64,000 bases of DNA from an uncultured Roseibium sp. (lineage in GTDB: Bacteria; Pseudomonadota; Alphaproteobacteria; Rhizobiales; Stappiaceae): the NCBI RefSeq assembly GCF_947496995.1, contig NZ_CANMFD010000001.1:242692-306691 (forward strand), in the 5' to 3' direction. The translations under genes were made by a program, and so were the position numbers. Each line of letters opens with the position of its first letter. The first letter of the stretch is position 1. The notes beneath the pieces were generated by a model. It was not told where the DNA came from, did not search any database, and saw only the letters and a program-made list of their open reading frames with translations. Below are positions 48,201-58,387 of the stretch, in pieces.

Positions 48201-48277
48201 CGGTCATGGATACGTTCAGCCGGTTCTCGCAGCCCGGCGTGTCCGCAAGACCGCTGAGTGAGTTGAAGCAGGCTTGA
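45248..48277 (+). CDS. NRPS, C(degenerate)-T-C tridomain (equivalent to VibF C1-PCP-C2)
   Basis: First C-domain core motif reads MHRIVEE (45758-45778) instead of HHxxxDG. T domain is FFDFGGHSL (Ser codon 46760-46762). Second C core is QHLALDE (47333-47353). Confidence 0.85.
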   Translation: MTGGFDRLLTESELEHFDEMLKSQEDHNQGAGAAVGTSDNWSLADPLGVTQHQERIWLAQQQDPALTLRHALAYRLGGIPEIARLTRAVDNVVEALPELSMRYRFSDDGELVKHQSGERGDTLEIVNVDSRQEAIALIMARQQAPWVSQSEPPFKVLVIFCLDEVILSLLMHRIVEEICTPEDVLKNLARAYDRKPFLPPATTHAEELDLASRDVAPVVWLRREEPGVAIAEFGASSQLPVASGRYAHRYGTVIETGTLPLPSDLASDISGALAFFGTRFARLLCRLGGHERIEVSFPAKPEDRLGDHSVAFASGESLKVLVSREAALQEDEARVISILSHATENMQANEGDPEGDLPKVSVKWLTDPHLFFEAQTVTLERVPLPTFEPRPDFELAIGRDAEGRIILELVTGQKISPHAGNLMLDLFTQQLNAENGKDAEGERQVNLPASIVGGTPLADRAGTPEEEQRADTAAIQAAILLEFREALAAPDLKADDDFFDFGGHSLVATRIIGRLLHNHGIELRFNDLFGNPTAAALARHARRVESAKEPVGNGPGEISTGNTDAATAPLALAQMSLWKIYSALGYNEIFNLPFALDFLDTVDETVFGEAFLDLMKRHAGLRTRFFEDEEGEVLQKVVPVSELENHKWFWTSDESTETDRRTEAGYCFDLSKELPVRLRFLKDPDTGRQVLSFLFQHLALDEWSVNLLMDELVEAYAARAAGSEPVWSGQPAPFHDFARKQVQAGVNTRHLAYWTDMLADAPRELVLFTEGPAPAEQPDGEGVAGGWVEMRLEKEISEGLYAIARENSASLFNVVYAAISAALQRLGNLTDLVIGTSASGRTDPDYFDTIGYFTTVVAHRVRFAGEPTVGTLIGNVKDMINGSMPYTDIPIDLVESALGMTSERDHLFDVFIQIHAQNKLNGNLPKPDGGRIAFRQVDPDKHESHLGLQFEVMEEVIDDDRAIRVLMSYQSRRYSPQQVDAIQAAVMDTFSRFSQPGVSARPLSELKQA

Positions 48278-48287
48278 ACCGGTCTAC

Positions 48288-48327
48288 CGGAGCATCGCGG
48301 GTTCAGTTGAACGCGCGCGATGCTCCG
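48288..48327. terminator. 12-bp perfect inverted repeat between convergent NRPS genes (bidirectional terminator candidate)
   Basis: CGGAGCATCGCG … CGCGATGCTCCG with an inner GTTCA/TGAAC pairing. No clear U-tract. Confidence 0.4.
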
Positions 48328-48341
48328 CAAGGACAAAGCGG

Positions 48342-49736
48342 CTACATCGGGAAATGCTGCGCCACCGCTCGAAGGTGTGTGGCAGAAGGGGTTTCTTCGA
48401 CAAGGTCACCAACCGGGCGGCCGAGCATCTCTGGCTGAAGGCTTCGCGACAGAAACGACGGTAGATCTCTTCCATGCCGTTCGAATTCCTTCCTGCCTGT
48501 CAGGTCCGGATCCGCATCCAGGCTGAGGACAAGTTCCCTGCCATCGCCTTCTCCCCGGAATGTGAGATTGAAACCGTCGGCCGGTCCGCTGCCGAGAATA
48601 TGCCGCTGTGCCCGGCAGCCGTTGAAGACCGGCGAATTGAACGGCAGCACGTTAATCAGCGGTGAGAAGAAATACCGGCTTCCTTCCGAAAGTCCCTGAT
48701 CCTTCGAAATCTGCTCGATCCTGAACCGGCTGTGCCGCCTCTGTTGCCTCAGCTCCTTGGCGGACCGTTTGAGAAAATCCGCCAAAGGTTCGGACCTGTT
48801 CACCTGCATGCGGAACGGCAGGATGTTGACCAGAAGGGCCGGCATATGCGCCCCCACGCTGCCCCAGCGGCTCATGAACGGCAGCCAAAGGGTCAGTGAA
48901 TCCGAAGACCGTTCTTGTGTCTCGGGCGCCGTTGCGAACAGGTAAAGACCGGACATCAGCGTGAGCAGATCGGGCCAGCCGAGGTCGACTGCTGCCGCGG
49001 CGGCCTGAAGTTTTGCGCTGAATTCGGACGGCAAGGGTATCCTGCTATGGAAACCGGGCTCGCCGTAGTCCTCGTCTCCCCGCTCCAGCACTTCGATACC
49101 TTCGGCCTTGCCGAAATAATCCGCCCAGTAGGCCCGGTCGGTTCGCCACTGGGCACTGTCCTGATACCGGTTTTCTTCGTCCAGAAAACTCGCGAGGGAG
49201 TGAAACGGAAGGCCGGCGTCACCCGTCCCGCAAAAATGATTGTAGAGCTGGGCGCAGCGCCGCTCGATCAGGGCAAGGCCATAGCCGTCGACAATGATAT
49301 GATGAGCGCGGATGTACCAGAAATAGCGCGCATCGCCGATCCGGTAGAGCGCATGGGCCGACAGCTTGTCGCTCCTGAGGTCGAGTTTTGCATTCAGGTC
49401 CTGTTCCATCAGCTCGATTGCGGCGGTCGGCGGACCATCCTCGCCTCTCAAATCGATGACCTGCAGCTCCGGCACGAGATCCGGATCGCAGATCTGCATC
49501 GGCGCTTCGCCTTGTTTTTCGGTGCGGAATCTCGCGGACAGGATTTCGGCTTCCCTGATGGTTTGGTCTATCGCGCGTTTCAGCGCGGCTTCATCCACGT
49601 CTCCTTCGATTTCAACATAATGTGCCACCGTTGAAACGGGCTGGTCGGGCTGGAAAGTGAATTCCTCCCAGAAATCGAGTTGCGGCAGGGTCAGCGGCAT
49701 CCAGTCGCCGTCGGGGTTGATGTCCGGCATGAACAA
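48342..49736 (-). CDS. stand-alone condensation enzyme (VibH-like amide synthase)
   Basis: 464 aa. PLTLPQLDFW N-terminus. Intact core motif AHHIIVDGYG. Strong SD AAGGAGG before the ATG. Confidence 0.85.
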   Translation of the reverse strand: MFMPDINPDGDWMPLTLPQLDFWEEFTFQPDQPVSTVAHYVEIEGDVDEAALKRAIDQTIREAEILSARFRTEKQGEAPMQICDPDLVPELQVIDLRGEDGPPTAAIELMEQDLNAKLDLRSDKLSAHALYRIGDARYFWYIRAHHIIVDGYGLALIERRCAQLYNHFCGTGDAGLPFHSLASFLDEENRYQDSAQWRTDRAYWADYFGKAEGIEVLERGDEDYGEPGFHSRIPLPSEFSAKLQAAAAAVDLGWPDLLTLMSGLYLFATAPETQERSSDSLTLWLPFMSRWGSVGAHMPALLVNILPFRMQVNRSEPLADFLKRSAKELRQQRRHSRFRIEQISKDQGLSEGSRYFFSPLINVLPFNSPVFNGCRAQRHILGSGPADGFNLTFRGEGDGRELVLSLDADPDLTGRKEFERHGRDLPSFLSRSLQPEMLGRPVGDLVEETPSATHLRAVAQHFPM

Positions 49737-49814
49737 TCCTCCTTGAAATCAGTGCGGATACGGACAGCGCCTGTCCGTCCTTCTTGAACACTCAGCGTCT
49801 CGTCGCGGCCCGGC

Positions 49815-52800
49815 TCAAAGTGTGGCCACAAGCTTTTGCACCTGGTCGGCGTTGCGGCATTGCAGAAGCTGTCTGGGGAGAATCTCGACACCGAATTCCG
49901 CGTTTATCCGGGTCGAGATCGATTTGAGATGCGACGGCAGAAGACCTATCGACAGGAAGTCGGTGGAACCGTCCACGGGGCCGCATTGCCTGTTGCCGAC
50001 AACGCCCAGATAGATATCGAGGACACGGCGGCTTTCCGGCTCCGATTGTGGTTGCTGCTGCGATGGCCGCCTGGCGGCCGGGGTCTCGGCAAAGAAGCTC
50101 CGCGCCTTTCGTCGGTCCGGCTTGCCGTTGGCTGAGAGCGGAATGCTGTCCACCCTCAGGAGCCGCGAAGGAACATGCGATTCCTGCAGATGCTGCCGTG
50201 CAAAGTTGCGCAGGTCCGCATCCGTAAGGCTGCTCCCGGCCACCGGTTCGTAGAGCGCCCCCAGTTCGGTCTCGCCGCTTCGCTCATTGCCCAGATCCGT
50301 CAGCAGGATCCGCGAGATCTCAGGATGTTTCACCAGTTCGTTCTCGACGTCAGGGATCGAAATCCGGACGCCGCGCACCTTGATGTAGCCCTGGACACGG
50401 CTGTCGAACAGAATGATGCCGTCGCGGCCGTACTTGCCCCGATCTCCCGACCGGAAAGCGCGAACACTCCGGCCGTGTTGATCCTCTATGGTGACGAAGT
50501 CATGCTGATGCAGCACGCCGTCCTCCAGGTATCCGAGTGCTGTGCTCACGCCACTGGAATGGATACGGCCGACCACGCCGGGCGGGCAGTGTTCACCGTG
50601 TTCGTTGAGGATGAAGTAGCTGTTGGCCGGCAGGGGGCGGCCATAGGGGATGTTGCCGGTATCCTCCGGGCCGATCCGGTGCCAGATGCTCCAGATTGTG
50701 GTTTCGGTCGGTCCACCGATCGAGCTCAGCCGCGTTCCGGGATTGGTTTTGCGCAACTCCGCGATCACCGCAGGCTTCAGATAGTCACCGCCCTGATTGA
50801 TCAGCCGCAAGGTTTTGAGTTCGTCCCCTTGCCGGCAGGAGAGCAGCATTTCGAAGATCGTCGGTACGGAGGACCAGATGGTCACGCCGTGTTCGGCGAC
50901 AAGCTGGTTCCAGCGCAAGGCGTCCTTCTCCTCACCCTGAACCGGCTGAACCAGCGTGGCTCCGGCGGTAAGACAGCCGAAGACCTCGTAGACCGACATG
51001 TCGTGATAGAGCGGACTGACGGAGATGAAGACGTCGTCGGATGTGATGTTCCATTCCGCATTTGTGCTGCCGACGACGTTGTCCGTAGACCTGTTGGACA
51101 GGACGACGCATTTCGGCTTTCCCGTCGTGCCGGAGGTGTAGAGATAATAGGCCGCTTGCGTGCTGGCCGAGAGGTCCTCAAGCGGCTGGGTCAGGGCAAG
51201 CGGGTCTTGGGTGGCCTCTGCGCCCAGCACGGTTTCGGCGCTGATGACCTCGTGGCCTTCCACGGGTGTGGACCCGATGACCAGATCCGGCTTGCAGTTG
51301 TCATAGAGGTATTTCAGCCGGTCCCGGGGCGCACAGGCATCGACGGGCACCCAGATGATGCCCCTCAGCGCACAGGCCAGGGCCAGCATTGTCTGTTCCG
51401 GTGAGCGCAGCAGCGACAGAACGACGATGTTGCCCTTGCCCAGCTTTCGCTCTTCCAGAAAGGTCATGGCCTTGTGCACGCCTTCGCCGAGGTCCGCATA
51501 GGAAAGACGGCGGTCGCCATAGATGAGGGCAGGGTTCGCGGGGGGCTGTTTGAACAGGTGGTCCGCGATGCGGCTCAGGTAGCCGCAGGCGACATAGTCC
51601 TCTTCCTGCGCATTGAACCGGTAGTGGCCGAAATCCAGAATGTCGCTGCTGGAAAACCGGAACTCTCCGGTCTCGCAGATGGTGGTCACGGCCTTGTCGA
51701 TTGCCGTCAGCATGTCCCGTATGACGGCCCCGTCGACCGCCTCCACGGCATAATCAAAATCGATCAGAAGCGCGCCGCCGCTGCCGGCAGACAGGCGAAT
51801 GTCGATCGCGACCTGCGGGGTCTGGGTCAGGCTGTCCTGCATTCGCACGGCATGATCGGCGGAAAGCGTCGGCCACGAAAGGCCGTTGGTAAGGACGACC
51901 GGCAAGGCGACGCCGCTGTCCGCACCGCTCCTGTCCAGCAGAAAGCGGTTGATGTCGACCCCGGAAAACGAAAGGTGCTCCAAGCCTTCCAGAACGTCCT
52001 TCTGCAGTGTCTGCGCGCGAGCCGGCAGATCGCCCGTTGGAGGCCCGTCCCATGCCACCGCGAAAAAGGTCGATTTGTTCGCGGTGGCGCTACCGGCTTG
52101 AGGTGCCGCCGGGATGCCGACATGAAGCGATCCCTCGCTGAGCCAGTGTGACAGGACTTCGAGGATCACTGCGGCCAAGGTCGTGTTCTGGAAAAGACCG
52201 TTCTTCGCACCCAGGCGGGAGAATTTCCGGAAACGGTCTCTGTCGATAACCAGTTTCTCCCGGTCATACCGGGATGTCCGGATGCTTTCCAGCGGTCGTT
52301 TCCAGGGCAGATGCGGAGCCCCTTCGTAGTCCGAAAGCTTTGTCTTCCAGTAGGCAGCATCCCGCGCGACCATGCTGCGATCCGGTGCCTTCGCGGGCTC
52401 GGTGGGGGCACTGGTTTCAGGTCGTGTGTCCTCGAACAGTTCGACCATCAGGGCTGCGATGGAAAATCCGTCCAGGATCAGGGCATCGAAGCGGAAGAAC
52501 ACCGCACAGGTGTCACCGGTCTTTTCGGCCGGGTCGGGCAGCGTGAAGGCAACGGCGCGCCAGGGAGGGCCGGTCAGGTCGAACAGCTGATGAGTGAATT
52601 CCTGTTTCAACTCGCTGATCTTGCGGTCGGCCTCCTCCAGGGACAGGCCTGACAGATCGATGCTGACGAAATCGACGGACGGGGTTTGCAGGACATGTCT
52701 TGAATAGGTCTTGCGGTCGATAACGGTGCGCAGGCTCTCGTGCCGTTCCGCCAGCAATGTCAGTCGCCGCTCCAGAAGCGACAGGTCGAAACGGCCGCGA

Positions 52801-52898
52801 TATTCGCGGAATTCCTGCATGGCCACGCCGCCAAGCGGTACATATTCGCTCCTGCCCAGGAGATAGGCGCGCTGCAGGGACGTCAGGTCGGTTTCCAT
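49815..52898 (-). CDS. NRPS, Cy-A-T (heterocyclisation, adenylation, thiolation)
   Basis: Cy core FDALILDGFS (DxxxxDxxS). A-domain motifs YLYTSGTTGKPK, GGPTETTIWS and KVRGVRI. C-terminal carrier-like DFLSIGLLPSHL. Start at METDLTSLQRAYLLGR (ATG 52898). Confidence 0.85.
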   Translation of the reverse strand: METDLTSLQRAYLLGRSEYVPLGGVAMQEFREYRGRFDLSLLERRLTLLAERHESLRTVIDRKTYSRHVLQTPSVDFVSIDLSGLSLEEADRKISELKQEFTHQLFDLTGPPWRAVAFTLPDPAEKTGDTCAVFFRFDALILDGFSIAALMVELFEDTRPETSAPTEPAKAPDRSMVARDAAYWKTKLSDYEGAPHLPWKRPLESIRTSRYDREKLVIDRDRFRKFSRLGAKNGLFQNTTLAAVILEVLSHWLSEGSLHVGIPAAPQAGSATANKSTFFAVAWDGPPTGDLPARAQTLQKDVLEGLEHLSFSGVDINRFLLDRSGADSGVALPVVLTNGLSWPTLSADHAVRMQDSLTQTPQVAIDIRLSAGSGGALLIDFDYAVEAVDGAVIRDMLTAIDKAVTTICETGEFRFSSSDILDFGHYRFNAQEEDYVACGYLSRIADHLFKQPPANPALIYGDRRLSYADLGEGVHKAMTFLEERKLGKGNIVVLSLLRSPEQTMLALACALRGIIWVPVDACAPRDRLKYLYDNCKPDLVIGSTPVEGHEVISAETVLGAEATQDPLALTQPLEDLSASTQAAYYLYTSGTTGKPKCVVLSNRSTDNVVGSTNAEWNITSDDVFISVSPLYHDMSVYEVFGCLTAGATLVQPVQGEEKDALRWNQLVAEHGVTIWSSVPTIFEMLLSCRQGDELKTLRLINQGGDYLKPAVIAELRKTNPGTRLSSIGGPTETTIWSIWHRIGPEDTGNIPYGRPLPANSYFILNEHGEHCPPGVVGRIHSSGVSTALGYLEDGVLHQHDFVTIEDQHGRSVRAFRSGDRGKYGRDGIILFDSRVQGYIKVRGVRISIPDVENELVKHPEISRILLTDLGNERSGETELGALYEPVAGSSLTDADLRNFARQHLQESHVPSRLLRVDSIPLSANGKPDRRKARSFFAETPAARRPSQQQPQSEPESRRVLDIYLGVVGNRQCGPVDGSTDFLSIGLLPSHLKSISTRINAEFGVEILPRQLLQCRNADQVQKLVATL

Positions 52899-52914
52899 GG
52901 TGTCTCCGGTGGGG

Positions 52915-54561
52915 TTATTCGGCGGGTTGGGCGTCCAGAGAGGCCCGTTTGCGTGCGTTGACAGCTTCCAGATAGGCGCGGCCAACTTTCTCGGACGCGC
53001 CGCCGGATCGCGCCTTGAGGAGGCCCGCAATCGAACCGGCTGTGCTTGCCGGGCCCATGTCGTCGAGGCTCAAGGCGGCAGCCGGGATGTAGCGGTTGAT
53101 GAACGCGATGAAGCTCGACAGGTCATCCTCCGACAGGCCGAGGTCGCGGATTTTTCCGGTCGCGTGTGTGGCCATGCCGGGCGCCAGCCGTCCCAGCAAT
53201 TCCTTCAACATGCCTTCGGTCGGGCTTTTGTGATTTTCGGCAGCATACGCCGGCGTCCGGCTGGAAAACGCCGGCCGCTCAAGTGCCGTGGGATCGGCGG
53301 CAATCTCCCTGACCAGCGCCACGTAGCTGTCGAAGGCGGCCTTGATCCAGGTTTCGGGAAGGGCGTCGTAGCGGATGTCCCAGTTTATGAGGATACCGCC
53401 GTCCATGTGCGCGACCTGGGCATCAAGAGCGACCTGGGGCCCCTGGGATACTGCCCAGGTCATCGGCCCGAAGACACGGGTTACCCGCTGCGAAAACAGA
53501 TCGCCTCCCGGCAGATCGAGACCTGAGGTGAACACGATCGGAGCTGTCTGCAGGGATCGCCGTGTCCGCGACAGATCCCGCATCACGTTCACGCCCGGAT
53601 AGGCGGAATGCGCCAGCAGATCGACCATCTGTTCCGCCAGGCTTTTGCAAAGCGACCGGAGGCTTTCATCGGGGGGCGGGGCGACCGCAAGAATGAGGAT
53701 GTTGGAAAAGTCTCCAACCGTCCGCTCGACATCCGGTGTGTAGGGCGCACGCCAGAACATTGGCACGTTGAGGCGAAATCGCTCGTCGCCCGTTGCCTTC
53801 GCGATGACCGAGGCAAACAGTCCGAGCATCAGGGCGGACGGTGTGACGCGCAGGTCGCGTGCGGCCAGTTCGAGAGACCGACGCTCCACGGACGTCAGCA
53901 TCGCTGCCAGCCGGCCGCTTCGAACCTCTCCGGAAGTGGCAATCGCCGGCAATTTCGGTTCCGGGGGCAGGTCAGCCAGACGGCTCTGCCACCAGCCTTT
54001 GTCCTCCTGCTGCTTTCGGGCGAGTTCCGCGTCGGAATTTTTTCGCTCAAGCCAGTCGAAAAAGCCCGTTTCGGCCTCTTCGGCATCGATTTCGGGCGTG
54101 TTGTAAAACCGCGCGAGGTCTTCCATCAGAAGGCAAAAACTCGGCGGGTCGATGGCCGTCATGTCCATGTCGACATGCAGCCGGCAGGTGCCGCCGGGCA
54201 GCAGACTGAGCCCGAAGGCGGAGGTTTGCCCGGCCTCGAGGTCGAGTGTCCGGCAGGTCCATTCCTGCCGCTTGCGTTCCAGGTGCCGCTCGAGCGAACC
54301 CGCCTCCAGCTCCCTCAGGTCCTCGACCTCGTAGGAAAGGCTTTCTTCTGCTTTTCCAATATCTTGCCTCCCATCTGGGGTGACGCGCATGCGCATCATG
54401 CCATGGGTTTCGTAGAGCTTCGGGATGGCTTCGCCGAGCCTCTGCGGGTCGATCGATCCACAATCGAATTCCACATAAAGATGGGCCGAGACGTTTCCGA
54501 GGAAGCCGTTGGCTTGCCGGCCCGTCCAGTAGGCTGCTTGCATGGGTGTGAGATTTTTCAT
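52915..54561 (-). CDS. stand-alone heterocyclisation (Cy) domain protein with ~100 aa carrier-like tail
   Basis: LTPMQAAYWTGR N-terminus. Cy core VDMDMTAIDPPSF (DxxxxDxxS). Start taken at ATG 54561 (MKNLTPMQ); the track ORF begins at an upstream TTG. Confidence 0.8.
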   Translation of the reverse strand: MKNLTPMQAAYWTGRQANGFLGNVSAHLYVEFDCGSIDPQRLGEAIPKLYETHGMMRMRVTPDGRQDIGKAEESLSYEVEDLRELEAGSLERHLERKRQEWTCRTLDLEAGQTSAFGLSLLPGGTCRLHVDMDMTAIDPPSFCLLMEDLARFYNTPEIDAEEAETGFFDWLERKNSDAELARKQQEDKGWWQSRLADLPPEPKLPAIATSGEVRSGRLAAMLTSVERRSLELAARDLRVTPSALMLGLFASVIAKATGDERFRLNVPMFWRAPYTPDVERTVGDFSNILILAVAPPPDESLRSLCKSLAEQMVDLLAHSAYPGVNVMRDLSRTRRSLQTAPIVFTSGLDLPGGDLFSQRVTRVFGPMTWAVSQGPQVALDAQVAHMDGGILINWDIRYDALPETWIKAAFDSYVALVREIAADPTALERPAFSSRTPAYAAENHKSPTEGMLKELLGRLAPGMATHATGKIRDLGLSEDDLSSFIAFINRYIPAAALSLDDMGPASTAGSIAGLLKARSGGASEKVGRAYLEAVNARKRASLDAQPAE

Positions 54562-54586
54562 TGCGACTTTTGGTGTTGACAAAACA

Positions 54587-54601
54587 TGAGTCTTATACTC
54601 A
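54587..54601. promoter_or_regulatory. TGAGT-N5-ACTCA palindrome (TGA-N9-TCA form) in the 80-bp divergent promoter between the Cy gene and entC
   Basis: TGAGTCTTATACTCA is centred in the 54562-54641 spacer, next to a TTGACA hexamer (54576-54581). The form matches the RirA IRO-box pattern. Confidence 0.45.
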
Positions 54602-54641
54602 GGTATTCGGACAGGTCAACCTTTTATACAGGAGATGCTCC

Positions 54642-55823
54642 ATGACAATCGGAGCGCGAGTTATGTGCCATGAAGACATGGCCATCCTGCCTGATACCAA
54701 GACAAAATTTCTGTTCACCTCAGGCGAAAATGAGCTGCATGCGGACGGGATTCGCGAGCGAATCACCGTGCCGGTCCGAAACGGAGGAGCGGCTGGAAAC
54801 TTCTTCAAGAAGGCGGTTGACGAAGCCCTGGAAAGAGCGAAATCGGCCGGACAGGAAAACCCGATCGTGGTCGGCGCCATTCCGTTCGATCTGGGAGAGG
54901 TTTCCTGCCTCTATGTGCCGGAAAACCATGCATGGCGGGTTCGTGACGCAGGTGAAAGTCTGCCGGTCAGTCAATTCGGCATGCCGGCCCTGCTCGAGCA
55001 GCGAAGCCTTCCTGACGAATCAGGGTTCAAACGCGCGGTGCGGCACGCAATCGTCAATTTCCAGCACAGCGATGTCCGCAAGGCTGTGCTCTCCGTCGTG
55101 CGGGAACTGCAGTTTGCAGGGCCGATCGATGTCGATGGACTGCTGCGAAGTCTGCGGGCGCAGAACAAGGACGGCTACCAGTTTCAGGTGCCTCTGCCTG
55201 AAGGCGGCGAGCTGATTGGTGTCAGCCCGGAACTGCTGTTGCGCAAAACCGGGAACCGGTTTGTCTCCAATCCGCTTGCCGGCTCCACGAAACGGCTGAT
55301 TGATCCCGCTGCGGACAAGGATGCCGGTGAGAGGTTGCTGATCTCCGAGAAGGACCGGTACGAGCACAGGCTGGTCGTCGAGGACATCCAGCGCATTCTC
55401 GAACCCCACTGTGCCGGGCTCGAGGTGCCGGACCATCCCTCGCTCCTCAGTACGGCAACCCTCTGGCATCTTTCGACCCGGATCGGGGGCGTGCTTGACG
55501 ACCCGTCGGTGACGGCACTGCAGCTTGCCTGCATGCTCCACCCGACTCCTGCCGTTTGCGGCTATCCGACCGAACTGGCGCACAGGCTCATCCGTTTTGT
55601 CGAACCTTTCGAACGCGGACTGTTTACCGGAATGGTCGGCTGGTGCGACGCGCAAGGCAACGGCGAATGGGTGATCACCATCCGCTGCGGCATCGTCGAG
55701 CACGAGACAATACGGCTTTTCGCCGGTGCCGGCATCGTCGAGGCATCCCAGCCGGACAGCGAATGGGCCGAGGTCCAGACCAAGCTGGGCACCATGCTCA
55801 ACGCCTGCGGCATCGCCGCCTGA
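54642..55823 (+). CDS. entC: isochorismate synthase
   Basis: ATG 54642 follows AGGAGA. Contains [10 protein letters not shown]…[10 protein letters not shown] and the C-terminal chorismate-binding GMVGW…GEWVITIRC…GAGIV. Confidence 0.88.
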   Translation: MTIGARVMCHEDMAILPDTKTKFLFTSGENELHADGIRERITVPVRNGGAAGNFFKKAVDEALERAKSAGQENPIVVGAIPFDLGEVSCLYVPENHAWRVRDAGESLPVSQFGMPALLEQRSLPDESGFKRAVRHAIVNFQHSDVRKAVLSVVRELQFAGPIDVDGLLRSLRAQNKDGYQFQVPLPEGGELIGVSPELLLRKTGNRFVSNPLAGSTKRLIDPAADKDAGERLLISEKDRYEHRLVVEDIQRILEPHCAGLEVPDHPSLLSTATLWHLSTRIGGVLDDPSVTALQLACMLHPTPAVCGYPTELAHRLIRFVEPFERGLFTGMVGWCDAQGNGEWVITIRCGIVEHETIRLFAGAGIVEASQPDSEWAEVQTKLGTMLNACGIAA

Positions 55824-55857
55824 ATTTCTGAATTCTCCAAAAAATCAGGTCTCAACA

Positions 55858-57492
55858 ATGACTATCGACTTTCATCATTGGCCTGCCGAGCTGGCCGGGC
55901 GCTACCGGGCGCGTGGCTACTGGATCGACCGGCCGCTAACGCAAATTCTGGAACAGCATCTGGAGGGAAAACCGTTCGCGCCGGCGGTGATCTGCGGCGA
56001 GCGGACGTTCAGTTACGAGCAGCTTGACCGCCTGTCCTCCAACCTTGCCGCCAGACTGGCCTCCAAGGGCATCGGGCCGGGCGATACGGCGCTCGTGCAA
56101 CTGCCGAACGTTGCCGAATTCTACATCGTTTTCTTTGCGCTGCTGAAAGTCGGCGTGGCACCGGTCAACGCGCTTTACAGCCACCGCAAGCACGAGATGA
56201 CGGCCTACGCACGGCAGATCAGACCGAGGCTTCTGGTGGCGAGCCGTCTGCACGAATTGTTCAGGACCGATGATTTCATCAAGGAGCTGCGCGTCCTGCA
56301 CGATGATCCCCTGGCGGTGCTTCTGTTGGGAGAGGATGCTCCCGGCTCCAGTCTGTCGCAGTGGCTGCAGAGCGAACCGGACGGTGTGCAACCGGAGTTT
56401 GGCCCGACGGACCCCGGCGAGGTGGCCTTTTTCCAGCTTTCCGGCGGCAGCACGGGCACGCCCAAGCTCATCCCGCGGACGCATAACGACTACGACTACA
56501 GCGTCCGGGCCAGCGCCGAGATCTGCGGATTGACGCCTGAGACGCGGTATCTGTGTGCGTTACCGGCGGCGCATAACTTTCCTCTCAGTTCTCCAGGCGC
56601 GCTTGGCGTTTTCCATGCGGGTGGCTGCGTGGTGCTGGCGCCGAGCCCGGAACCGCTTTCCTGTTTCGCGCTTGTGCGGAAGCACAGCGTGACCATGGCG
56701 GGCCTGGTACCGTCGGCCGTGAACCTCTGGCTTCAGGCGGCGCCCGATCACCGCAGCGCCCTTGAAAGCCTGGATCTGCTGCAGGTGGGAGGGGCGCATT
56801 TTCCCGAGTCTCATGCCCGGCTTGTCCCTCAGGTGCTGGGGTGCAGGCTGCAGCAGGTCTTCGGCATGGCCGAGGGGCTGGTGAACTACACACGCCTCGA
56901 CGATCCGGAAGAACGCATCTTCACCACACAGGGACGCCCGATCAGCCCTGATGACGAGATCAAGGTCGTGGACGAGGATGGACAGCCGGTTGCCGATGGT
57001 GAAGAAGGCCGGCTCGCGACGCGTGGCCCCTACACCTTCCAGGGCTACTACCGGAGCCCGGACCATAACCGCGAGGTCTTCGACGACGAGGGCTTCTACT
57101 ATTCCGGCGACCTGGTCTGCCGCACGGAAGGCGGTTACCTGAGCGTGGTCGGGCGGGTGAAGGACCAGATCAACCGGGGCGGGGAGAAGATCGCCGCCGA
57201 AGAGGTCGAAAGCCTGCTTCTGCTGCACCCGGATGTGCGCGAGGCGGCCCTGGTGGCGATACACGATCCGACTCTCGGCGAAAAAAGCTGCGCGGTGATC
57301 GTCTCCGACAATTCCTGCATCAAGCCGCTGGCACTCCGGCGTCATCTGATGTCGCTCGGCATCGCCGATTACAAGCTGCCCGACCGCTTCAGTTTCGCCG
57401 AAGCCATCCCCCTCACTGCCTTCGGCAAGCCCGACAAGAAAAAGCTGCGCGCGGACCTCGCGCAGAAATTCGCTCCCGCACTAACCGCATAA
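55858..57492 (+). CDS. entE: 2,3-dihydroxybenzoate-AMP ligase
   Basis: [16 protein letters not shown]-terminus, [21 protein letters not shown] and QVFGMAEGL, typical of EntE/DhbE/VibE. Confidence 0.9.
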   Translation: MTIDFHHWPAELAGRYRARGYWIDRPLTQILEQHLEGKPFAPAVICGERTFSYEQLDRLSSNLAARLASKGIGPGDTALVQLPNVAEFYIVFFALLKVGVAPVNALYSHRKHEMTAYARQIRPRLLVASRLHELFRTDDFIKELRVLHDDPLAVLLLGEDAPGSSLSQWLQSEPDGVQPEFGPTDPGEVAFFQLSGGSTGTPKLIPRTHNDYDYSVRASAEICGLTPETRYLCALPAAHNFPLSSPGALGVFHAGGCVVLAPSPEPLSCFALVRKHSVTMAGLVPSAVNLWLQAAPDHRSALESLDLLQVGGAHFPESHARLVPQVLGCRLQQVFGMAEGLVNYTRLDDPEERIFTTQGRPISPDDEIKVVDEDGQPVADGEEGRLATRGPYTFQGYYRSPDHNREVFDDEGFYYSGDLVCRTEGGYLSVVGRVKDQINRGGEKIAAEEVESLLLLHPDVREAALVAIHDPTLGEKSCAVIVSDNSCIKPLALRRHLMSLGIADYKLPDRFSFAEAIPLTAFGKPDKKKLRADLAQKFAPALTA

Positions 57493-57501
57493 AGGTGTGT
57501 C

Positions 57502-58368
<867 letters not shown>

Positions 58369-58387
58369 GGACAAGGGAGAGCCCGCC

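Noticed and set aside
54576-54600. TTGACA … TATACT as a sigma-70 -35/-10 pair in the entC divergent promoter.
   Set aside because: The spacer is only 13 nt, against an optimum of 17. The TATACT hexamer is more economically explained as part of the TGAGT-N5-ACTCA palindrome.
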